This document shows, one piece after another, positions 23,339-36,044 of a stretch of 64,000 bases of DNA (positions are counted from its first letter, which is position 1; every line of letters starts with the position of its first letter). Source of the stretch: Hormiphora californensis (Eukaryota > Animalia > Ctenophora); NCBI GenBank assembly GCA_020137815.1, contig CM035358.1, positions 2,294,001-2,358,000 on the forward strand, given 5' to 3'. A program made the translations under genes and the position numbers. The notes under the pieces were generated by a model. It was not told the origin of the DNA. It saw only the letters and a list, made by a program, of their open reading frames with translations, and did no database searches.

Positions 23339-25159
23339 TCAATCGATCTCCTCAAGACTTCCCAAACTTGCCCTCGGATCTATCTCCCCATCCACCTCCA
23401 CCTCCTCCTCCTCGGTATCCTCCTCTTCATCCTCGCTAGTACTAAAACTATCCTCCTCCCCTTCCTCAAGACTACTATCACTCAGCAACTCTCCGTTTAG
23501 TAACCGCTGCATATCCGGGTCTGATGCAGTGACTTGTAGCAGGATCTGATCATCGGTCAATCGGAGTTCAGGTCTGGCAGGAATGTCATCTTGGACTAGG
23601 ATTGGGTTCCCAGGTGAACCTTCAGGTACTGACACATCTTGGATCCGAGGTGGTGGAGGTGGGTGAGGAGGGGTTGTCGAGTCAGCCGGGGAGGTGAGGG
23701 TGCTTGGTCCGGGGTACTCGATCATCGGTGGTCCTCCTTGTCTTATAAACCGGTCAATACTTGAGAAGGTCTGGTTTAGTAGCATGGACATGAAGCTCCC
23801 TTGTTGCGTCCCCGGAGGACCTATTTGGGGCGGCTGCTGCTGTTCCAGATCCATGATAAAGGACGATGGACCGGGTGTTGGCTGCTCGATGGGGAGGAAG
23901 GTAGGTATTGGATATGGTACAGGTCCAGCCGATCCAGTGAAATCTACTCTCCGTCGCCTGGCAACAAACCCCCGATCGCGATCTGAACTCCCACGGTCAC
24001 GTGACCTCCTTGAGACAACGTGATCAGCCGTAGACGCCAGGATCTCCTCTCTCAGCCCGCTTCTCCGTGTAGTTTCAGCAGCCCTTGTCTCCCGATCCTC
24101 ACTTGTCCGACTCTCATTCAACAGCTCTACCACCTGTCTAAACTGGTAGATTGCATGAAGTTGGGAGCACGAGTAGAGTCGGTGTCTACACACTGGACAC
24201 CCTCTGCATCGTTTGAACCAGGACCGGATACAAAACTCACAAAACACATGGCCACATGGTAACGCCACCGGGTCGATAAACATGTCTTGGCACACTCCAC
24301 ACAGAGCCTCTGATATCACTCTTCTGAGAACTGATCTGCTGTCCGCTATCTCCTCTGTTATTGTTGCGGGAGTTGTTTCGTCAAGTTGATGTTGTTGGGG
24401 TTCTTTTGTCCTGTATTCTGTTATAGCACACTCCATTGTCTTTATTCGCTCCGTTATTTCGGTGTCAGAGGGACCAAGAGATGCCCTAATGTCAACTAAC
24501 AGAGGTAAGAGTCTCTCAAATAATGACGTAACATCGTGGTGGTTACTTTCATCTTCAAGCTGCTTTGCTTCTCGAAGCACCGACACTGTTTCACGTTCAT
24601 TTTCGAGGTCTTTCGTTAGGTCTGAGACTTCCTTTTTCGATCGATCCAACTGTCTAACAACTTCTTTCAGCTCTGTTCGCCGTGTGCCTGCCTCCCTGAG
24701 GTGACCTTGTATCTCGAAATTCATATCACGGATCTCGTTTGATCGGTCCTGTAATATCCCCCGGAGTTTTCTTATTTTTTCATCTCTCTGGTCCTTCCAT
24801 CTGTTGATAACAAGACTTCTAACCGTACATCGCAACAACATGGTCTTCAAACTCGTCTTTTCCCTCCTCAATTCATCGAGCTGTTGTTGGAAATGGGAAC
24901 TACAGCACGAACAGGGTGCTTCTTGCGGGGCTGAACTCCTCAGGTTGTACGAATGGTTCTGGACGGCATTGTGGTAGGACCGGCGACGTCTTATCATGTT
25001 CTTGCCTCGTCCGATGATTTTTGGAATGGGCCTGCCTTCCTGTAGTGGTGCTTCGGATAATGTGGACATGTTGTGTGGGGTGGGAGATGTATTGGTAAAG
25101 TCACAGAACACGCCTTGGCAACACACGCTACTTGCACGTGCTGAATTTATCACCGCCAT
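23339..25159 (-). CDS. Intronless coiled-coil + C3HC4 RING E3 ubiquitin ligase (RNF8/CHFR-like RING, no FHA), acidic tail
   Basis: 606-aa ORF; CGVC-x11-CGH-xx-CEFC-x10-CPVC RING preceded by heptad-rich helix; Pro-rich and acidic C-terminus. Confidence 0.88.
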   Translation of the reverse strand: MAVINSARASSVCCQGVFCDFTNTSPTPHNMSTLSEAPLQEGRPIPKIIGRGKNMIRRRRSYHNAVQNHSYNLRSSAPQEAPCSCCSSHFQQQLDELRREKTSLKTMLLRCTVRSLVINRWKDQRDEKIRKLRGILQDRSNEIRDMNFEIQGHLREAGTRRTELKEVVRQLDRSKKEVSDLTKDLENERETVSVLREAKQLEDESNHHDVTSLFERLLPLLVDIRASLGPSDTEITERIKTMECAITEYRTKEPQQHQLDETTPATITEEIADSRSVLRRVISEALCGVCQDMFIDPVALPCGHVFCEFCIRSWFKRCRGCPVCRHRLYSCSQLHAIYQFRQVVELLNESRTSEDRETRAAETTRRSGLREEILASTADHVVSRRSRDRGSSDRDRGFVARRRRVDFTGSAGPVPYPIPTFLPIEQPTPGPSSFIMDLEQQQPPQIGPPGTQQGSFMSMLLNQTFSSIDRFIRQGGPPMIEYPGPSTLTSPADSTTPPHPPPPPRIQDVSVPEGSPGNPILVQDDIPARPELRLTDDQILLQVTASDPDMQRLLNGELLSDSSLEEGEEDSFSTSEDEEEDTEEEEVEVDGEIDPRASLGSLEEID

Positions 25160-25355
25160 ATTCTACCTGCAAAGGGGGTTTGTGGTTTTTAGTAAGGGGG
25201 TTTGTGTTAGAGAAATCTTCATTAGCGCCATATATTGTAGTTTAGCTTTTAGAGAAATACATTAGCGAGTTTGAACACCAAGTGTGCGTTTGTTTGCTTT
25301 TTTTCAATCTTATCTACTAAATTTTTTTTAGACTCCCCTCCAATTTTAGGACGAA

Positions 25356-26994
25356 ATGGCACAATCAGAAACTCCCACCATAACCGTGTCTGAAGTTTCT
25401 TCGTATCACGTTCCCGATATTGCAACTGTAAACTACTTTCCCAAGGCTATAACGTCCGTAACTACTCTATTTGTACCGACAATGGCTGTGCCAATCTCAT
25501 CTCCTACCGATTCGGAACCCGCTGTACACAACCCACGACACAGGAAATCTCTCCTAGAAGAGATCCTTGAGGTGGATTCACTGCCATCGAAAATCAACAA
25601 AAAACTTCGGAAACGTCGAAAAAGCAGCGCCCACAAACGAAATATGACGCCCGTTCATGATGAGTATATCGCAAACATTCTCAACAAATCGCTGACTGCA
25701 GAGGAAGATCTCAAATCAATAAGAAGGACTCTAGTGGACGCAGAGAGAAGTCAGCTTTATGTGTCCAGCAAGATAACCGAACTCCGTGGTAGAATTGACT
25801 CGTTGTGCAGTGTTACCGCCCGTATTGGTAATTCCTTCCAGAATGCAGAAGCGGTTACTAGGGAGATGAAGAACAGGCAGAGGGTGCTCCAAGAGGAGTG
25901 TTATGAGATGTTGTTGCAGTTGGAAAGTAGTAGATGGGAGATAACGAGGATAGAGGAGGTGGACACAAAACAACTTGGTAATTACTATTAGCTGCAGGGA
26001 ACTATACTAGCTCGGTAATTAGCTACAGGGTACTATATTGACACCTTGGTAATTAGCTGGGATAATGCAGTATTAACAACTTGGTAGAACGACTAATATC
26101 GTGGGGGTATATATAACGAGTTATAGGATTAGTTTAGTTAGTTCTAGGCTCACATGGCATGTTACACTGTCCCTGTATAAAAGCCTAATATTAGAACTGG
26201 ATGGGGCAAAACTATTAGTAGTACACGTTCCAATAAGAACTGGGGAGGTGCTCAATATCATGATAGGGAGGGGGTGTTCATTTTGGCAGTGTAATTAGCA
26301 GATTAAAAGTAAACACGTACACGTGTGAAAATCATTATCCATGATTAATCACTAATGGCTAATTTTAGGGATCAATCACCATATAATTAGACCCATCTCA
26401 TTAATTCCAATTAATGAATTAATTATTTATTTGGGTACCTCCAGTTGAATATCACACTAACTTTCCTATTACATTTCATCACTCACCCCTCCCTATAATA
26501 ATCAATCTAATCCCCAGATCCTAACCATGTTTCCCCGCCAGGCTCCCCCTGATTTTTCCTTCGAATTCAAATTCGAACCCCTGAATTCCCCAGTCTTAAC
26601 CTCTGATTTTCTTTGGTTACGAAGTCACCCCTTAATATTTCCACTGGGGCGCTCGCGCGGAGGGGTAATTTCATTACCTCTGATTTTCTCAGGTCCTAAT
26701 GCGATGGGAAAGCATTTCCAAATCCACGTCAAGACGAACATCGAGAAGCTTCAATTGCAGAGTTATGTGATTCACAAGAAATTCCGGGATATTATTCAAC
26801 TTTACGAAGATATTGAGGCTGCAGACCCTGAAGGTAGGAGAGACTCGGTTACCATGGTAACTGGTGGGTTGGGGAGAAAGAGAAAAGGGAGGTCCATTTT
26901 CTCTTTCTTCCCCAACCCACCAGTTACCTCCCGGGAGGTGGATATATTTTTGACTGGATTTCCCGCTTCTCTCTCTCTCTCTCTCTCTCAGTAG
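25356..26994 (+). CDS. Two-exon coiled-coil protein with C-terminal PX-like domain
   Basis: Exon 1 25356-25977 (TTG/GTAACT, phase 1) joins exon 2 26693-26994 (TCAG/GT CCT, phase 1). Exon 2 FQIHVKT…VIHKKFRDIIQLYEDI…FFPNPP…VDIFL resembles the PX pattern (V.RRY.DF..L...L … P..P). Confidence 0.55.
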
Positions 26995-27182
26995 TTATCG
27001 TGACTCGCAGATCTGATCCACAGCTTCGTCTCTGATTTTATCACATCAGACACTAATTGCTTCTTCCCGGGAGGTCTACAATTATAGTACTGTGTCAGAG
27101 AGGGCAGAGTACTAAACGCGGTCACGAACACAGAATTACAGACTGTTTATAACTACTTAATAACTACTTTATAACTACTTCC

Positions 27183-28222
27183 GGGGGGGTATCAACCATT
27201 TTTGTGTACGGATGTACGGAAAAAGCAGGCAATATTTTTTTGTACGGTCCGTACAAAAAATACAAAAAAATACAAAAAAGTTTACTGCTGTCGGGAACTT
27301 CTTTGGTGCCTTCTACAGGTCTCTAGAGGCGCTCGAGGTCCTTCTATTGGCCTTTAAAGGCCTCTAGAGTGTTTATTTAGTTTATTTTACCATTCCCCGT
27401 CCCCACGACTCCTAACTAGAACAAGTCTTACTAACCCGGTGTCCCAGCATATTTTTTGGCCGAGAATGGCCAAAATTTATCCCCATTTTGGCCGATTTTT
27501 TCCCGTGGTCTAAGTTAGTTTGATAATAGTTCAAGATAGTGGAACTTTAATTTAATAGTCTAAAAAACGGTCGAGTTTTTGAAATTAATTGATTTACACT
27601 TAGTGCTATACCAAGTGTTAGTATTTAAAAAGTTTTGAAAAAAATGATCCAGGCGAGTTTCGAACCCGGGACCTTCTGCGTGTCATGTATATGCAATAAC
27701 CACTACACCATGGGGGAACTGAATAGACTGCGATTTGAGAGTATATAATGTAGCGCGCGCACAACTGGCCGGGGAGAGAGGCCGATTCGGCTTTTTCAGT
27801 TTTTCGGCCTGCTTATGCCTCCTTTTTCCAGGCATGAGGGGGAATAAGTAGGCATATTCGGCCGAAAAATGAAATTTCATCAGAAAATAAAGCTTGGGCA
27901 CTATCCCGACATATTTTGCTGTTACCCAACTATGATTTGGAGCAAGTTCAGGTCTAGAATAACTTAATCATGGTAATGTTCGCATGGAAAAAGCATGGGA
28001 TTATGAGTACTACGAAACTAGAGGGCTATACAGGCCAGTATAAGGACCCCGCAAACCTCTAGAGACTTATAGGGGGCCCTAAAGAAGTTCCCTTCAGCAG
28101 TATATTTTTTTGTATTTTTTTGTATTTTTTGTACGGAAAAAGCAGGGAATTTTGGTTATTTTTTTGTACGGACCGTACAAAAAAATACAAAAAAATACAA
28201 AAAAATAGGTTGGTACCCCCCC
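27183..28222. mobile_element. 1.04-kb MITE with G-run termini carrying a tRNA remnant
   Basis: Ends GGGGGGGTATCAACC…GGTTGGTACCCCCCC; 8-bp TSD CTACTTCC; subterminal TACAAAAAAA/GTACGG repeats and a further inverted segment. Confidence 0.85.
27645..27717 (-). pseudogene. tRNA-Val-derived sequence (degenerate)
   Basis: Minus strand TGGTGTAGTGGTTAT…ACACGCAGAAGGTCCCGGGTTCGAAAC followed by a T run; A and B boxes intact; acceptor and anticodon stems mispaired. Confidence 0.75.
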
Positions 28223-28810
28223 CTACTTCCCCTGACTACTATCATGTGTCTGACTACTATCATGAATTTTCATGTGTCTAAATGATCTGTCATGTGTCTC
28301 TACATCTTGTGTCTCCTCATTTATAGGGGTGGGGGAGATATATCTCCTCCCTCTAAACATCTCGAGAAGTCTCTAGAAGGTTCCCTTCGAGAAGTTTCTT
28401 CAAATTAATTTGGTATTGTTTTGGAAAGTAACGAAAACATGATGATCTTTGTATGGCCACCACAATCTCATTCTGACCACTTACCTACAAAACATTTCTT
28501 TCATTCCATGAGTCTAGTCGCATCTAACAACTGTCTGAGTCTAGTCGTTTTGTTAACCATCTAACAACTTTTGCCTGACTTGTGTTGAACTGCTGCAGTG
28601 TTATAGTCACATGGCTCTTATAGTCTCATGTCCTTGGCTCAGGTACCTTCAACAAGATAACAATCAGAAAATTGCCTCAAAGAATTTACCAAACCATGTC
28701 CATTGCTTGGAGTGGGGGCCACTGTTGGACCTCCGAACTGGTCTCGCGTATGTTAGCGTGTAATCAGGCATTCAGGAAAAAAGACGTTGATTCAGTTGTT
28801 CAAAATCAAA

Positions 28811-28864
28811 TAGCTATTATAACAAACGTTTCGACATAAGAATGTCCTCTTCAGTGTTAAGCTA
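28811..28864 (-). ncRNA. Minimal type I hammerhead ribozyme (Penelope-associated type)
   Basis: Minus strand TAGCT-TAACA CTGAAGA G GACAT-TCTT-ATGTC GAAA CGTT TGTTA-TAAT-AGCTA: stem I, CUGANGA core, stem II, GAAA, palindromic minimal stem III. Confidence 0.75.
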
Positions 28865-29171
28865 ACGTCTGTAAACAAAATGCACTAATTTAAACGGTGC
28901 TCCTTCATAAACATAACACATAACCGGTCAATTAGTGGGTTTACCCGGTCCGAAATATGATCGCAGACGGGTCCGTGTTCTGATAGTTTGTAAGTCTGGG
29001 TGGACCCGTGTAAGACTAAACTAGTCAGAAACTGATCAGAACATGAACCCGTTCTGTTGGCATTCATTCAGGCTCGGGCGCACCCTCTGAATTGTAATAT
29101 TCTCTTTCAAAAATGTCTCTAGAGAGAACCGTCAGGGTTGGGACAGCAAACCATGTCCAACTATTTACCCT

Positions 29172-29253
<82 letters not shown>

Positions 29254-29329
29254 CAACCCTCTCGCTCCCTATACTATTTCCTTCTCAATCACTCATAACC
29301 ACACGCTTAGTACAGACAATAATTTGATG

Positions 29330-29640
29330 ACGCGAGCCAATCAAAGCGTCTTCCTGTCCTGTACCACATCACGCTCAGAGCATGGTCAGCACCCCCCCAT
29401 CCGCGGTCATTGTCAAAGTTGTCTCTCCGACAGAATTTTAATGAGTTCAGTATTCATCTCGCAAATATATATTTAACTAAGGTCCAGTTCAGATCACGCA
29501 TCTTCGTGGTGAGATAGTATTAGCTTCAACTACAAATAAGGCCAGCTAACGCGTCTAGAGAGAGATTTTACAAAGACGGCGGGCGGCGCGGTAGGTGGGG
29601 TATAAAAGCAGCAGTTACAGAGCCAACATTTCATTTTGCT
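29330..29640 (+). promoter_or_regulatory. Candidate internal promoter of the RasGEF gene
   Basis: CCAAT at ~29337, GC-rich GGGCGG at ~29581, TATAAAA at 29601, ~460 bp upstream of candidate first exon 30063. Confidence 0.35.
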
Positions 29641-30062
29641 GACGCAGCAGATTGTCTCCTAGGCTTTAGAGACGCCACTATATAACACGCTACCAAATAC
29701 CTCAAATACCCTGTCTTGCATTCTCCACGCTATGTCCGCCCCTATACTACTACTACTACTAGATGAGAGGAAAACGGACATAGTATTCCTCGCTCCAAGT
29801 TTGAACCATCTTGTTAGTTCCCCTAATATTGGCGTGGTGTAGTCACTAAAGTACACTCGCCTTCCACGCATTATAGGTCTCGGGTTCGTACCCCGTGATC
29901 TTCGGCCTGTTATAAAGCCATCTTGTTAGTTCCCCTGCTGCAGTTCCCAGTAATGACACAACTGATTAATTACATGCTTAATTAGTTGCACTCCACTAGC
30001 TTGATTTGACTAATTATCCCCCCTTACATCATCTCTCTCCCTATAGCTTCACACACTCTGTC

Positions 30063-30117
30063 ATGTTACAGCGCCGGCGGTCCTCAACGATCGTAAAGTT
30101 CGTCTCCACCCTTCCAG
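30063..30117 (+). CDS. Candidate alternative first exon (MLQRRRSSTIVKFVSTLP)
   Basis: Polypyrimidine-TAG at 30046, ATG 30063, CAG/GTAACA donor in phase 1. Confidence 0.45.
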
Positions 30118-30520
30118 GTAACACTTGAAAGGAGCCCTCCCCCCTCCTCTTGTCGAACCCCCATCTGCAATCTGCACGTGCGGCAGTATTACCAGATTGA
30201 GAGAGGGGGTTCAAGATTGGTTATTGCCGAATGCCGGGGTCACGTGAAATCCATTGAGCTTGTCCTTTACCGAAACTGTCTAACTGAACTTCATTTGTCC
30301 ATGACTTCATTCTTCCGGTTGATCTGACTGGCGGATGGGCTCAATAAAAGCAGATATTATATTGCATCTTTCCCACTTGAAAAGTTATCTAACCCTGTAT
30401 CTGAAGTGCTACAAGTTCTGCAAGTTCTGAGCCTGACCTACACGCTACCATTTTCACTTTGTAGTTCCTTCTGTCATGTTACACCAAGGTATAGCCACTA
30501 GCCAGTATATTTTATTGCCT

Positions 30521-30628
<108 letters not shown>

Positions 30629-30818
30629 TTTCTCTCTCAATCATGTCAGAAAACAGTGTCATGAGTAGTACAACCCTCCTCCTCCGCGGTAGCCCAGCTG
30701 CTATGAAATCATTACATCTTGATACATCTGCTTTTTGTCGTAGAAACTCCGACGCAGTTCTTCCGAATCCAAACGTATCCCGGGCAAAGGCGAGTATTTC
30801 TTGAATCTTGACTGAATA

Positions 30819-31864
30819 ATGACTAACGAAATACCAATAGAGGAGGAGAAATTAGAGGAGGAAACCAACTCTGGGGCAGAGAGTTCTCCGGTAGAAAGCG
30901 GTGGTAGTAATCCGGTTGAAGATTTAGTAAATGGTGATCCTGACCCACATACAGCAGGAACGGGACACCCCGATCCAGTTACAGAACTAGAACATCCAGT
31001 GCCAGGCTCTAGTAACCACAAGACCTATTTCACTGCTGTTCGACATGGAACAAAGCCCAGTTGAAGTAGTTGTAACTCCTGCTGACGGTGACGTCACATG
31101 TAATGACGTCACATTTAATGACGTCACGTGTGATGAAGTGTTGAGCTGTGATCCACCCCCTACAACACCGGAAGAGAGTGAAATTGTCGCCATGGAAACG
31201 GAAAACAACGGAATCTCGGAGTCCCCCTGCTTATCACCGATAGAATCCTACCCTCCTACTCCTGAGAAAACTCCCCCGCCACAAGACTCTGAAGATGACC
31301 TTTTAACGGGTTACAACTCGGATGATCGGTCCAGTGAGATAAGTTTTGAATCACCAATCCCAAGGAGATCTAACAGCCCACTAATATCGACCCGTCGAAA
31401 GTACTTTCTGAGCTTTGACGATGATGGGGATCTGACACCGATAAAATCTCCGACTGAAGAAGACACCCCAAGGGGACCTCCAGTTTATAGATCTACACCC
31501 GATCTCCCCGCTACAACATCTCCTAAAGTTAGGAGGTCCGGCCTGCTACGATGGAAGAAGGTTCAGAGACCAAAAAGTTTCACTGCTACAATTTCAGAGA
31601 TTCACCAGGTTAGGACCTGTTAAAATAATGATCCATTAGTCAGCCACAAACGGCGTGATTCATCTAAAATAAATGCTACTTCTTTAGTACGTGATTCATC
31701 AGTAGTCTAGTCGCAGCCAATATGTTCCCCCATTTTGTAGAACAATATCTCCCCCTAGTACGCCCTCTGGATGACCCAGAACATCATATCTCGGTCGAGT
31801 CCCGGGCTTGAAGAGATAGCGGGAAGTCCAGTCCTCCCATCGGGAAGCTATATTTTTGATTTTG
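30819..31864 (+). CDS. Candidate alternative 5' module (exons ~30819-31608 and 31759-31864), acidic/Pro-Ser rich, with an apparent frameshift near 31000
   Basis: Two overlapping protein-like ORFs (30819-31064, 31045-31623); donor CAG/GTTAGG at 31608 (phase 0); next exon YALWMTQ…YIFDF ends TTG/GTAAGT in phase 1. Confidence 0.55.
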
Positions 31865-32896
31865 GTAAGTTTGGTTTGATTTTACCCCGATTTTGTGAGT
31901 TTCAGGTTGTGCAGCATTGGAGAGACCAGATAAAAGTATATTTACGAAACAGAATAAGGTGCAAGTTGAACGAATGCTCCTTAGTATTGCCAATAATAAT
32001 AAGCTGAGAGTGCTTGATCCTGTGATTTCTTTTCTCAAACCCGAGTGTCTCCTAACAGGTAATAATCACTGTTCTAATCACAGGTAATAATCACTGTAAT
32101 AATCACTGTTCTAATCACTGACATGGGTAATAATCACTGTTCTAATCACTGACAGGAAATAATTCAACTGTTAAATCGCCGTTAAATCACTGTTATTCAT
32201 TCCTCTGAGTCTGACAGTTAGGAACACAATCACTGTTCTGATCAATGTTAACCACTCTTGGTGCTTGTTGGGGCTACAAAAATTATGTTTCAAGTTGTAT
32301 GAAGTGTTGTAATGTCAGCGAAATGTTGATGTTTTTACTGTTCGTTCTTTCGATATATAATGCGTGTACGCACGAAGTGAGGGTTTGTGTGAGAGAGAGA
32401 GAGATTATGAGACTGAATCTACTCTTTGAGAAGCCCTCCCGACTGTAACTGCTCTGCCCATCTTGAGAGAGTCGAGAGAGAGAAATGAAGGAACCAAAGT
32501 GAGAGAAAGGATGAATTGCGAAGAAATGGCTAGTAAAGAGTGTGTGTGTGTCAGTTTGTCCGTGTATTCACTGTATCACTACTATGTACTGCGCTGGCAA
32601 GCAGTGTCCAAAATACGTAATTTCGATTATCTAATACATCTATCACATCATACAATTCTCTCACCCAAATATGTATGCGTCACCCTCAAATTGTACACAA
32701 ATCGTATACAAACTGTACATTGTACATTGTGTTGTACACGTGTAATCACGTAATTTTATTTTTTTGGAACATCCCCAGTGTATCCATTAGTATTTGTGTG
32801 TGTGACAGAATCAGAAATAGAAAAGCACACAGTGTGATCTGTCGAACAGTAGATGTGTTTGAGCTTGTGGAATTAGTGCAGTGTATGATGTGCTAT

Positions 32897-32960
<64 letters not shown>

Positions 32961-33553
32961 CCAGTTACATACCGGCGTGTTATCAAATTGTTGTACATCC
33001 CACCTGTGGTTCGTATCTCTCTCTGTTTTTGGTTTGATTGACTACGCCAACGTTTGAGAAAAGTATTTTTAGCGCTATATCCCCCAAAAAACTGGAGGAG
33101 CAAAAATCAGCCAGTGATATATGGCGGGCGGGGAGACAAGGGAAGAAGAGTTGAGTAAAACGGGCGGGGAGGAGGGAAGTAGGGATGGGAAGGAATGGAA
33201 TGAAGTGGGGGGGGGGAGTAATGAGCATCCTTTAAATTCTACTATTCTGCTATCGATAGATAATGTTGTCTCGCCTATGCTAGTTATTTAGCCAACAAGC
33301 TTTTATAGGAAGTAGTTTTGGCTGCTGTTATTCTCTCTGGCAACAACAAGGTGAGAAAGAGTGAGATTAAGTCTATCTACTCCCTCATAAAAACAAACGA
33401 ATCCTTTATAAAACAATTAACTCCTTCATAAAAAACTCGTTGAAAATTTTTCCCGTGGGATAAAACACCTGAGATATGAGGAAACCAAAACCGGTATATC
33501 ATAATTCAGCCCCGCCTTCAGTAAAAAATGCTTGCGGACGCAATTACAATTCC

Positions 33554-33632
<79 letters not shown>

Positions 33633-33775
33633 ATCACTGGGTGGTAACGAATGTTCACTAATTGGCCCACGTGATTACCACAAATACAGAGAGAGAGAGA
33701 GAGAGCCGGACATTCTGTGGTTCGGTATTTTCTCGTCATTTCGAATTCTTGTATTGCATTCTCGGTCCACCTTCA

Positions 33776-33932
33776 ATGATCCACGAAGTTTCGCCCTCGG
33801 AATATTTTGCCACTTTCACCCGGACTCTCTCGCTCCGGAGAAAGAAGAAGAGTGGCAGTAGAAGGTGGTCTCTGACCGGTTCAAGGAGAAGAACTTTATC
33901 TGGAGATCGCAGACCGTCCCTTCCTTTTTTTA
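33776..33932 (+). CDS. Candidate alternative first exon (MIHEVSPSEYFATFTRTLSLRRKKKSGSRRWS…RRPSLPFF), polybasic
   Basis: 157 nt = 52 codons + 1; GTGAGT donor in phase 1. Confidence 0.5.
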
Positions 33933-34261
33933 GTGAGTACTTGTTCCGTCTCTTCCTTTTTAGTGAGTCCCCATTCTTGGTCTTTATCTTACCACGAACA
34001 ATAAAACGAGTACGCAAGTAGTGTGTGTGTGTGACACGCAGGTCATTGTCCATAGTTTAGTTGGTTAAAAAGCTCGTTCCTGAGTTAAAGATGCTAAAAC
34101 TGCTGCACTTGTTGCGTGAATTGAGGAGCTCATCTCGCATAGGCTCACGATCCCTTTGCAGCTTTTTGCTGCAACACCTCTTGAGTCGACTCATGCGCTA
34201 TATTTTTCAACCTTCCTCACCTCTCTGCAGTCTCTTGACCAAATCTTTCATCACTATACTC

Positions 34262-34314
<53 letters not shown>

Positions 34315-34976
34315 TTCTTGCACTGCTAACGGTACGAGATTCTTTCTTAGCTTGCAAGGGCGTTGCTTCGTGTTCGGTATGCGAAAACAATCGCATAATA
34401 CACACATCTGTTTGATTGGGTGAATGAGGGTCAGAGAGATAGGGGATAGAGAGATAGATAGGAGATAGAGAGAAAGATAGAGAGATAGGGGATAGAGAGA
34501 AGGAGAGAGATAGAGAGAAAGATAGAGAGGGAGAGAGGGAGAGTGAGGGGGTATTTGGTTGTTCGTTTGCTGTTCGCCTTCATTTAGTAATGAGAAGACA
34601 GGCATAGTCTTCAAAACAGATTTCTTGTGTTCCCATATTTTCAGTCTCTCTTCCCTCCTCTTTCTCTTCCTGTAGTGATCTTAGACTATTCATTGTTGTC
34701 ATGATGGATTTTAGGTTCCAAAATCAATCAGTCAGCCATGCTACGTCTAGCAGTTATAGGTTAAATTGTTTCAATAAGCCAGTCAATGTCCTAAAGATTA
34801 AAATTAGAACGGCAAACAGCACCCATTATCACGTCTCACTGTACACAACTTTCAATTAATACAAATTACAACACAAGTATACTTATTAACGGCCTCCTCT
34901 ATTATGGAACTAGCTGTCACATTCTCTTCAGTTTCATACGTTGTACACTTTCTGTTGCACCCACAAATTCAACAGC

Positions 34977-35025
34977 ATGTGTCTCTTTGGAGTAAGAATC
35001 TTTCTATCAATCGTTGTCGAGGAAG
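34977..35025 (+). CDS. Candidate alternative first exon (MCLFGVRIFLSIVVEE)
   Basis: CAG just before the ATG; AAG/GTATGG donor in phase 1. Confidence 0.35.
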
Positions 35026-35562
35026 GTATGGGAAATGTGTTACTAAACTAATTAATTGATTAATTAATTAATTAATTGATAGGTAGAAATGGGGTATTAT
35101 TCCCTAAATAGCTGGTATATTTCTGTTGGAGAATATAATTATCCAGTCCATATTTCTCCATTTTATTATCTCTCCCTCCCTTTCTTTTTGAGTCGGTCTC
35201 CTCCTCTAACATTATTAGGTACAAGATATATTACTGGTTTGATACGATCAAGTCATTCTCTAATGTTGTTTAACTTTCCTACGAAGGTCGTGACGTTGCA
35301 TGAATTCCGTTTCAGTAAAAACTTGGCAGGGGATTAGATTGTGTTAATGAGCGTACCAGCCATCTGTTCTTAGGTCATCGCTCATCTAGAGAGAGAGAGA
35401 GGGAAAGAGAGAGGGAGTGTGTGTGAGAGAGAGAGAGAGAGAAGCGCGATTGGTTCTGTTTTGTTAATTGGAAAGGAAATGATGAGTTATATTTAGTAAT
35501 GCCGTGCAATATTCCCATTAAACCATGCATAATTCTAGTTGATTCTCCCATAATGAGATGCA

Positions 35563-35650
<88 letters not shown>

Positions 35651-35975
35651 ACTACAATCAGGGTCCCACCAGCGTATAGTTGATGATATTAATCGGCTCG
35701 TTGGACACCCTCATCGAGTCACTCATGATAGTGAACTTCACACGAAGCCTTCTTCTTCTGTGAGAATTCACACGATACTCACTCGTAGTCAGTATAACAG
35801 TCACTCACTCAACTCTGAAATTATAGTTGTTCGGACTCTCTCTCTCGCTCAGTTTTCTAACATAATATTTTGTGCGGCAACTTTTGTTAAGCTAGCTGTT
35901 ACAGATGGCCGATAGGCTCGGAGCAATGCCTACTTTCCGTCACTCTCCATCATTGTCTCTATATAGCTCTCTCAT

Positions 35976-36044
<69 letters not shown>

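Noticed and set aside
27645-27717. Functional tRNA-Val gene
   Set aside because: Acceptor and anticodon stems do not pair.
30744-30789. Possible small exon (KLRRSSSESKRIPGK) with GC donor
   Set aside because: Needs a non-canonical donor and no phase-matched upstream partner could be assigned.
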